Source of the DNA: Botryllus schlosseri
Taxonomy: Eukaryota
Length of the DNA: 64,000 nt
Direction of reading: 5' to 3'
NCBI GenBank assembly: GCA_051294905.1
Contig: CM119386.1
Span: 8,432,001 to 8,496,000, forward strand
Shown: positions 55,204-64,000 of the stretch, in pieces
How the letters are laid out: each line of letters begins with the position of its first letter
Numbering within the stretch: the first letter of the stretch is position 1
Made by a program: the position numbers and the translations under genes
The notes under the pieces: model-generated
What the model was told of the DNA's origin: nothing
Database searches by the model: none
Seen by the model: only the letters and a program-made list of their open reading frames with translations

Positions 55204-57235
55204 ATTCATCATTGGTTTATTAGCAATTTTATCAGTTCAATACACCACAAAAAGTGCGATACAATGAAAAGAAAGGAAGATTTCGAAGCGACTAGGAGTT
55301 GTCTATGGAATCGGACACCCACCTTGGCCTAGGGCCTAGGCGATGTAAAGAGGAGGCATGCACACTGAATGAAAGTAAAGAAGATAGTATAGAAAAAGGA
55401 AGCGACAAGAAATAGGGCGGCATGTCATGGGAAGCGAGATCGATAGGTCAGTCGTGGTCCGGTAATCTTGAGGATGGACTGTTTTTATTTAGTAGTAATT
55501 GCTTGTATTTCGACTTGAATGTGGACATGCTCGTCGACTGCCAGATGGCCGGCGGGATACTGTTCCACACATCAGGTCCGGCATATTTGATAGAGCGATG
55601 ATCTTTTCGGTCGATCATATGATATTTGGACGACGTGGACGCGCGTGTGTTGTAGCCTACCTGTGCGCTTTTGATTCAGAGGTAAAGAAGTCATTGAAGT
55701 ATTCGGGGCAACGACCGCAGTGAAACTGATACATAAACTTGGCGATTTCTAGTTTCCGCATATCTTCTATGTTTAGGACGCCGGATCTCTTCAGCAGCGA
55801 CTTATTGGATGGGCAGCCAGGCCCCTTTGGGGCCCTAGCTATGATTCGGAGTACTTTATGCTGTAGTTTCTGCAGTGGCTTGAGTGCAGTTTTACTGGCA
55901 GCCCCCCAACAGAGGATGCCATAAAGTAACTTCGATTGGATTAAGGATTTAAAGAGTATCAGAAGAACCCATGCTGGCATGAAACGCCCAAGGCTGTAGA
56001 ACAGGCCGCACTTCGGTGATAATTTAGTTTCTAGGGACTGAATATGACTCTTCCAGGACAGGTTCGAGTCCAGTAAAACCCCGAGATATTTGGCATTATC
56101 TGTGTTGGAAACGGGCTGACCAGCGATATTAACGGTTAGGTTATTTTTTGAATTTACTGTCAGCAATCGGGTTTTCGAGGCGTTTATGCAAAGGTTGTTC
56201 TGGGCCGTCCACTCATGGACTTTAGGCATTTGGTCCCCAGTCAGGGCATCCAGTTCTGCCGTAGAAGATGCGGAAGAGAGGAGGTGAGTATCATCAGCGA
56301 ACAGTGTGGTGTTCAAGGAGGAGGTTTCAAAATTGTCGTTGACATATAAGGTGAAGAGGACCGGTCCAAGTACTGAGCCTTGGGGCACACCACAGGTCAC
56401 CAGGTGAGGAGAGGACAAGGTGTTTGAGATCGCAACCATTTGTTGGCGTCCAGTGAGGTAACTTCTCATGAGCTCAAGTTGTGGGCCCCGAAGTCCGTTA
56501 TGCGCCAATTTCGAGATGAGAATTTTATGATCCACGCAGTCAAACGCTTTTTTTAGATCGAGAAAAAATGCTACATCCCACATTTCGCTTCTCTGAGATA
56601 TCATAATACTGCTCGGCCACTGTTAGGAGGGCATGTGCGGTTTGGTGTTTGTTTCGGAAGCCAAATTGTTGAGGGGAAATGATAGACATTTTGGCGAGGA
56701 ATGAGGACAGGCGGGAGAGGAGCAACTTTTCGAATACAACCCTGATGCATGGGAGAACGGATATCGGACGGTAGTTGGTGACATTAGTTCTATCCCCAGC
56801 TTTGTGTACAGGCACTACTCTGGCTTTTTTTAGATAGCTTGGGTAGACTCCATTTTCGATCATGAAGTTGAAAAAATGGGCCATATATTGACCGATGTGC
56901 AGGCTTATCATTTTTAAAAATCATGATGGGATTTGGTCATAGCCGACGGCCTTGTGCGATTTCAGTTTGTGGATGGCTACTTCTACTTCGTATTTGGTCG
57001 TAGGTTCAAGCACAATTGACTGGGATATCGATCTCACCTCTGACCTGGCCGACACAGGTTTTGGAATAGAAGAAGCAATATTAGGGCCTACGTTACAAAA
57101 ATATTCATTGAAGTGATTCGCGATGGCCGCCGGGTCTGAAAGTTTGTTTTCGGTATCCGTATTCACAATTTCCGAAACAGACTTATGGCCTTTTTTCCGA
57201 TGTAGGAGAGAGTTAAGTCCTGGGATTAATATCAT
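55204..57235 (-). mobile_element. 5'-truncated, disrupted non-LTR retrotransposon (CR1/L2-group RT)
   Basis: Three ORF pieces (56921-57235, 56540-56911, 55657-56604) with NYRPISVLP, QFGFR, FLDLKKAFDCVDH, GVPQGSVLGPVLFTLYVND, LFADDT, KYLGVLLD; broken by a stop and frameshift; no endonuclease domain; 3' UTR ends AATAAA then an (ATG)n-type tail. Confidence 0.92.
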
Positions 57236-57459
57236 TTGGTTGTTCGGTGTTCAGATAATTGATCACAATTTTATCGTTTCAAAATCACCATAAGACTGCA
57301 ATTCGATGGAGAGATATCTCTATATTAGCCTTCTTTACATCGTCGCGGTGGAAACGAAGTAGTTTATGTCTATTTCTTGTTTCAAAATCTGAGATCCATT
57401 TTTAACAATAATGATAGGAAATCAAGTTTTTGTCATATTTTCATTATTTTCGGTCATAT

Positions 57460-58600
57460 CTTGGCGGCCTGGATGCGCAACTGATAAATCGCTACTCGAA
57501 AGATTTGGTTATCTAAACACAGAAGACACGAGGAAGCTAGAAATTGCCAAGTTTATGTATCTGTTTCATTGCGGCCACAGTCCCTAAAATTTCAACGACT
57601 ACGTCACCTCGGACTGAAAAGCGCACCAGTACGGCACACGCTCGTCAAAGAAGAGCAACTACCATATGATCAGTACAGAATACAAAAAAAAACACATTGC
57701 TTTGTCAAGTATGCCGGACCCCAATAGTAGCATCCCGTCGGCTATAATCCGACAGTCGTCGAGCATGTCCGCATTCAAGTCAATAGTCAAAATATAAGCA
57801 ATTTCTTCTAAAGCAGCGGTTCTCAACCGGGGGTCCGCGAAACCTCGAAATTTGCAAAATGGTGGAAACATATTTTTTCATAATTTGGGAAAACACGAGG
57901 CCGTTTCACTTTATTACTTCTGAAACTTCTTGACTCACATAACCAGAATAGCCGCCTAATCAAATACAGTGCAAACTCAATTTAATTGCCAATAGCCTAC
58001 TAATACAAACATATTGCTGTTTAGAGATGTTCTGTATGGGTTTGTGGAAAAAATAGGAAGTTGGAGTAGTGTAAGGTCCACCAGGGTGACTTCGATTCGA
58101 AGTATTTGCAACCATTCACATTCTTCTGAGACAGAGGTTCTCAAACTAGAATGAGGTCAACGCAATTGAAGAAGGGCTCAAAGCCGCAGTCAACGGAAAA
58201 AAGTTTTCGCGCTTCGCGCGATTTACTTGCCATTAGTGGTGTTTGCTCTGTGTATAACTTCGAATTTCATATTGGACAATTCTCTTTTCGACAGCCATAA
58301 CCTTCCATGCCATCGAATTATCCGTTGGGATTGTTAGCATCCTGATTGCTATTATCGCTAGCATATTAAGGTCGATATTTGCACAAGACAGATAACGGTT
58401 AGTCGATAATCGAGATATATTTGATCCAAAACTTGGGGGTCCACGGGGGTCCGTGACTGTCTTAAGGGGGGTCCGCGGAGACAAAAAGGTTGAGAACCGC
58501 TGTTCTAAAGGAACGCTAGTCAGCCTTCCAGATCATCGGACCAAAGCCTAACATATCGATATCGCCATCCGCCACATGCCACCTCATTTTGTCGTTTTCC
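57460..58600 (+). mobile_element. Older 3' fragment of the same LINE family, split by a hAT insertion
   Basis: GCTAGAAATTGCCAAGTTTATGTATC and AAGTATGCCGGACC match the LINE 3' end; similarity resumes after 58510. Boundaries approximate. Confidence 0.7.
57814..58502. mobile_element. Buster/Charlie-type hAT MITE
   Basis: CAGCGGTTCTCAACC...GGTTGAGAACCGCTG; perfect TSD TTCTAAAG. Confidence 0.9.
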
Positions 58601-58873
58601 TTTTGTATATTATCTGCTTTAAGGTTGCCACACGTCCGGAATTTAACGGACATGTCGGGAATTTCACTATTCACTTCAAACTGCGTCCGGGAGGAATTTC
58701 TAAAATAAGCTGAAATGTCCGGAATTTTAAAGGCTTGAAGTATAGGCTCATAATTTTATCGTAAATCAACATAAACAACATTATTTTTAGGCAGATTTAT
58801 GCTACATGAAAACTTTTTTCACGCTGTGGGCGATTTAGCATCACATATATTTTTTAATGTAGAGACTATACCC

Positions 58874-59382
58874 CAGGGTTGTAATGACTCGAGTCATGAC
58901 TCGACTCGAGTCCGACTCGAGTCACGGTTTTCTGATGACTCGACTTGACTCGAGTCATTTTTTCAAAATACGGAAATGACTCGACTCGACTCGAGTCAAT
59001 ATGTGTATTGACTCGACTTGGACTCGAGTCATTGCGCATGACTCGAAACAAGTCATTGACTCGACACTCAGACGGCCAAGACCGACATTTAATTGTAATT
59101 CCGAAGCCAACACACTATTGGGATTTCGTCTGTTGGTACTGGTACTTGAATATGCGACCAGAAACTGCTAAAAGTGAGGAAAATTGGTATATTATAAATG
59201 CGAAACATTCGATATCACCAAACAGAGTTAATAAAAGTGGCTCGGGCTCGACCCTCTACTCGCTGACTTGGACTCGGACTTGACTCGGTGGTGAATTGAA
59301 ATGACACGACTTGACTCGAGTCAAAACGATAAAAGTGAGATTGACTTGTGACTCGGAGCCTTGTGACTTGGTTACAACCCTG
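58874..59382 (+). mobile_element. hAT MITE family A, intact 509-bp copy
   Basis: CAGGGTTGTAATG...GTTACAACCCTG; perfect TSD CTATACCC. Confidence 0.92.
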
Positions 59383-59456
59383 CTATACCCCCTTGCAAAA
59401 ACTGCAATCAAATATAAATGAAAATAACCGAAATTTACTGAAAATTGTAATCGCAA

Positions 59457-59774
59457 TAGGGTTACCATATATTTTGGAATAGGGAAAGGAAGACAATTTT
59501 ACCGAATCAGAAAAGTTAGCTGATCAAAACTGAAATCAGGGGAATTCGCTATTTTTGCTGAAAAATATGGTGGGACTAAAAGACAAGGTCGTCGCTTTCG
59601 AGCGAACCACCAATTTCCTATTTAGCGTCATTTATGACCATTTTCACTCGAATCTATCCATTATCTTAGCTGTGAAAGCTGTAAAGGAGGTCGAACTGCC
59701 CAAAAAGAGGACATAGAGGCGTCCTCGGAGGACATTTTTAAAAACCTTAAAAAGGAGGACGTATGGTAGCCCTA
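59457..59774. mobile_element. hAT MITE (TAGGGTTACCATA family)
   Basis: TAGGGTTACCATA...TATGGTAGCCCTA with GAGGAC subterminal repeats; TSD not recognisable. Confidence 0.7.
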
Positions 59775-60831
59775 AATTATAGGAGAATGGTATATATTTG
59801 TAGAGTCGGTTAAGGCCGTTTAAATGCTTTATTCAAAGGTAGTGGTTCTTATTAACCTGCGGGTTGTTTGCCTTTATGTTGAACTTAATCAGCATTTAAA
59901 ATAGGTCGTGGTTTGGTCTGGGCAAAAGCGCTGACCTTTTTTTGGTAAACAGCATAAACAAATTTTGAGCTGGCGGGCCACAGAACATTGAAAATGGAGT
60001 CGCGACCATAAAAGGTTGGAAACCACCGTAGAGCTCAGTGGTGCGCACTGGCACTAGAGGCTGATAAATAATTTATCGGTGTGACATGAACATGTCTTAA
60101 AGATGTACAATTACGTTCCCTACATTATCGAGGGACATCATCCTCCAGCATCAGCTCTATTGCTAACTCTGATCATGTGGATGGAGAGAGGATCAAAACT
60201 AGTAACATGTGAAAGAACCGATATTATTGACAGAATTAATTTAAAATATTACTGACCAGATGCATATAGCAACCCTAATCTGCTTTACTTTCATTCAGTG
60301 TGAATGCCTCTTCTCTTCACCGCCTATAGGCTCAGGTGGGTGTCTGATTACAAATACTACTCCAAGCCGATTCGACACCTTCCTATCTTTTCATTGTATC
60401 GCAGTTATGTGGTGTTTTGAAATGATGGAAATGTTAATATACTGATGCTATTTAATTTTTTCACATTGTTTCAAAGTTAGCCATGATCATGATATGTCGA
60501 CAGAAAATTAAAACTTTTACATGAAGTTAATTTTCTCAAAATGTGTAAAATGAACAAAACTACTTTGGTTGTTATACATACATATCATTTGACCATAGCC
60601 TCCATACAGGCTATGATATCACGAATATTGCGATTAGGATTATTACGATAGAATCTGACGACTATTGAATAATCATCATTGATTAATTATTAGGCCTATA
60701 CTATCTATAGCTAGAAAAATAAATCAGTTATTATTTTAAAAAAATGTTCCTCGAGTCAGAAATTATTCTCCAAGTAGTCTCTAAAAAGGTTGGGGCTTGA
60801 ACCTGACCAATGATATACATATCATTGAACG

Positions 60832-61221
60832 TAGGGTTGCCATAATTTGGAATTCGGACCGGAGGACATTTTAAAAGTGAGTTATAGGAAATTGATGGAG
60901 CTGATTTTGTAATATTCAATGGAAATATTATGGTGTTGAGTAAAAGAAAAAGAAAAAAAGTTCATCACTTTGACACTTGACTTCTGCATTACCCTCGTTT
61001 TACGATACTTCTATGTTGTTGACTAAAACGTTCATCACTATGATTCGACTCCCTAATTACCCGCTCGAACGTCCACATTACCAATTTAGCATCATTTATG
61101 CCGATTTTCAGATGACCCTGTCCATTAGCCTGTAAACTGTAAAGGAGGACATTTTCAATTTCCTGAAAAAGGAAGACAAATCCTCCTAAAGGAGGACGTT
61201 TGGTAAATTGCGGTAACCCTA
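60832..61221. mobile_element. hAT MITE (TAGGGTTGCC/TTACC family)
   Basis: TAGGGTTGCCATA...GGTAACCCTA; TSD ATTGAACG/ATAGAACG (7/8). Confidence 0.8.
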
Positions 61222-62292
61222 ATAGAACGTTATCCATACACATTACACACTGCTGAAGATTCGTTATGTAGCTCAGTAATGTTCTATCTAAAATTCTCGC
61301 TTTAGCTGCTAGCATTTTTCTTCTACAGGTCAATGAAATAATTCTAGTAGGCCTAGAGTTTTTCTTCTCTAGTGTCTACATATACTGATGACCAACCGAT
61401 GGTAGTAATCTATATAATATTGGAGTCACGTAGGGTGATCCGGATTTGATTCCAATCAGACAGGTATCCGGTACGTTTATCGGAAGCAGGATTGGATTGT
61501 TATAGCTCGTCAGACGATTGGATCCGAACCAGGACAATCAGGCGGTTCATATTTTAACATTGCTTTATCCATCTGATACATATCTTAAATAGCAGGATTA
61601 TACGTAGCCTATATCATCGGATCTTTATACGAACTTTGATATTGAAATCTCCATAAGGAACAGAATGGATTCGGATTTCGAAATTTAAGATTCAGATAAT
61701 GCCTGGTGCGCATATAGGCTATATTGTATAGCCTACGTACAATTGTACGTACTATTGCGATGGAAATCAGATGCCAATCCTTTCGGTATTACCAAATGAG
61801 GGGTCGCATGGATCTCAATGGGGGACGTATTAGGTACCACAATCCATGATGTCCATAATGATTTCTATTTCAATGCAAATAATACAATATTCACTCTGCA
61901 GTGTCTCATCCTTCAGTAAACACTAAACACTTTGGCGCTGGTCCAACCGTTTTCGAAAATTTATTCGTATAATTCTAATATATAAATAGAAATAGAAATA
62001 AACATAAACACAGTCATGTATCATCGTGTCTAAATTATTTAGAAATTTTTCTATGGTGGCATGAGCCGCATGACTTGAGTTTGAACGGATTATTATTGCA
62101 AATTATCACAGTATATTTTTATCATATTTCGAATACTAACATTTCTGAATTGCAGCGCCCATTGTAATAATGCAACATTCGGTGGTGTAGTATATACTTT
62201 TATGCGGAGCCGGTCATTCAGGATGCGTGTAGTAGGCCCATGTACGCCTTTAATTCTCAATTTTCCAGTTCTGTCTTCTTTGCCTCGGGAGT

Positions 62293-63230
62293 TTACGTGA
62301 TGAATTTGACTTGATATGACACCAGGTGCCCTCTATCCCATCCGTAAAGCCTCTTCTCGTTGTCGTTGTAATCCAGACTGGACATTGCTCCATACCTAAT
62401 CATTTAAAAGTATCCCATTAACGAAATATATTATACTGCATGATTGTGGAAGCAGAGTCATTGCGGTTCTCATTTATGCACAATGCATAATGGGTTGGCA
62501 ATATCATCATCATCATCATCATCATTGGTTTATTAGCAATTTTATCAGTTCAATACACCACAAAAATGCGATACAATGAAAAGACAGGAAGATGTCGAAG
62601 CGACAAGGAGTAGTCTATGGAATCTGACACCCACCGTGGCCTAGGCGATGTAAAGAGGAGGCATGCACACTGAATGAAAGTAAAGAAGATAGTATAGAAG
62701 AAGAATGCGACAAGAAATAGGGCGGCATGTCATGGGAAGCGAGATCGATAGGTCAGTCGTGGTCCGGTAATCTTGAGGATGGACTGTATAGGTGTAAGTA
62801 TACCGCGTAAGCTCGTTTAAAGCTGGATTTCCGTATTGATATTTGATAGTGCGTGATTGGAGACAAATTTATCTCGGTGACGTGGGGAAGCGGGTGCATG
62901 GCTGAGTGTGCAATGGTTGCTGGCTCGAGCCTCGGCTCTGCCAGGTTTCTCAGTGTCGGTGGTTCATCTGGGCTTCACGTCGCTGACCTCATTGCAGCTG
63001 CAGTGACTCAAAAAGCTCAGAAATTACAGTGAGTTTAGCGATGAAAACAGAAATCACCTGATCTCGATTGGAATTTTAGGCCAGGAGCATCGCGACGTTC
63101 TCAACTCAAATGCATAGTTCAAGGTTGTTACGTGGACATCATACCGCTGCAGTGTGTACAGAACTCCATTGGCGATGAAAGCATTCCCTGCTGATCTCTT
63201 CCGAAAGTCCGTATACCATGTCTGTTTAAC
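62293..63230 (-). CDS. Last two coding exons of an olfactomedin-domain protein (gliomedin/colmedin-like); 5' part lies beyond the window
   Basis: Exons 63058-63230 and 62293-62395 (GT-AG, phase 2) give VKQTWYTDFRKRSAGNAFIANGVLYTLQRYDVHVTTLNYAFELRTSRCSWPKIPIEIRYGAMSSLDYNDNEKRLYGWDRGHLVSYQVKFIT-stop, with the OLF motifs TW.T...K.SAGNAF, GVLY, S.LDYN..E..LY.WD.G; AATAAA on the minus strand at 61960-61965. Not in the ORF track. Confidence 0.88.
62503..62787 (-). mobile_element. Short 3'-UTR-only copy of the LINE, in the olfactomedin gene intron
   Basis: Nearly identical to 55204-55490 and carries a longer (ATC)n tail at 62503-62525. Confidence 0.85.
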
Positions 63231-64000
63231 CTGAAGTGTATACTCTGGGGATTAGCGTTGCATTTAAAACAAAGATCAATGTCAATGTCAAAATCAACAT
63301 GTTTAAAAAAGGCCCAAATTTAAAACATATTTTTTAATGTTTATTTTAAGTCATGACGTTGCGAATATTCAATTGTGATGTCATAGTGGATTGATATTAA
63401 CAATTGAAAATATAGGGTAAATATAGCTCATTTGACGAAATATCTGTACTATTAATGTTGAACCGACTATTTTGAGGGTTCCGATCATCCCATGTCAATA
63501 TATGTCCGTAAGCTCATACAACATGTTTTTCGGAAAGTATTTACACAATGGCATAATTTTACAACTTAAAACAAACACAATTTTTTTTAAAAGGCCTTTG
63601 TTTAAAACATGTTTTAAACAAAGTGTTTTAAAACACCGTTTGTTTTAAATACAACGCTACTGGGAATTATTCAGGGATATCTAGATATCCCTGATGACAT
63701 TAGTACTAGCGTCCGCATTCGGGACCCGCTCAAACGAACAATGTATTCATTTTCTCGTAATAGACGTGCACGATATCAAATTGGAACCGTGCAACTTTAG
63801 TACGTCTTTATGAATTGCGAGTCTGTGAACGGTTTGGCAGTAATGGTATTGGCCTATCCCACCAGCACTAATGTTTTAAGTTTACAAAGATACTTGATCG
63901 AAATCGTGGCCATTTTGGACGTGTTATCGTTGCTGAAATATGTTCGCTGATTTTCAATATCTCGAATTACTTTATTCCTAAGAGTGGTAACGCAGTACAA

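Noticed and set aside
58874-59382. CRISPR-like array (repeated GACTCGAGTC palindromes)
   Set aside because: Irregular spacing, no unique spacers of constant length, no cas genes, eukaryotic context; these are subterminal repeats of a hAT MITE.
54712-62292. Operon linking the olfactomedin gene to STK3/4 (same strand)
   Set aside because: 7.5 kb of repeat-rich DNA and a canonical poly(A) signal separate them.

Overview
Eukaryotic (animal) genomic DNA: AT-rich, intron-rich and packed with small DNA transposons. It is most consistent with an ascidian tunicate, an inference from ~60-bp minimal introns, chordate-like proteins and an operon-like gene pair. Five protein-coding genes were assembled by hand from splice sites and reading phase. 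(1) Centriolin, minus strand, 35 visible exons, running off the left edge. (2) An intronless RNA polymerase subunit RPB8/POLR2H. (3) MOB4/phocein, starting only 293 bp downstream on the same strand, with a long acidic C-terminal extension. (4) A complete Hippo kinase STK3/4 (486 aa), convergent with MOB4, whose HRD motif is split by a GC-AG intron. (5) The last two exons of a gliomedin-like olfactomedin-domain gene that the ORF track missed. The rest is a mosaic of hAT MITEs (many with readable 8-bp TSDs, often nested), one CACTG-ended element, one Mutator-like foldback 81 bp upstream of the POLR2H ATG, a foldback element filled with head-to-head telomere-like TTAGGG/CCCTAA repeats, two tRNA-derived SINEs, and a decayed CR1/L2-group LINE plus short 3' copies. 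The main leads are the POLR2H-MOB4 candidate trans-spliced operon, the co-location of three SIN/MEN-Hippo-STRIPAK pathway genes, the telomere-repeat transposon, and 22-30 bp TIR-only elements. All family assignments come from recalled motifs, not database searches.
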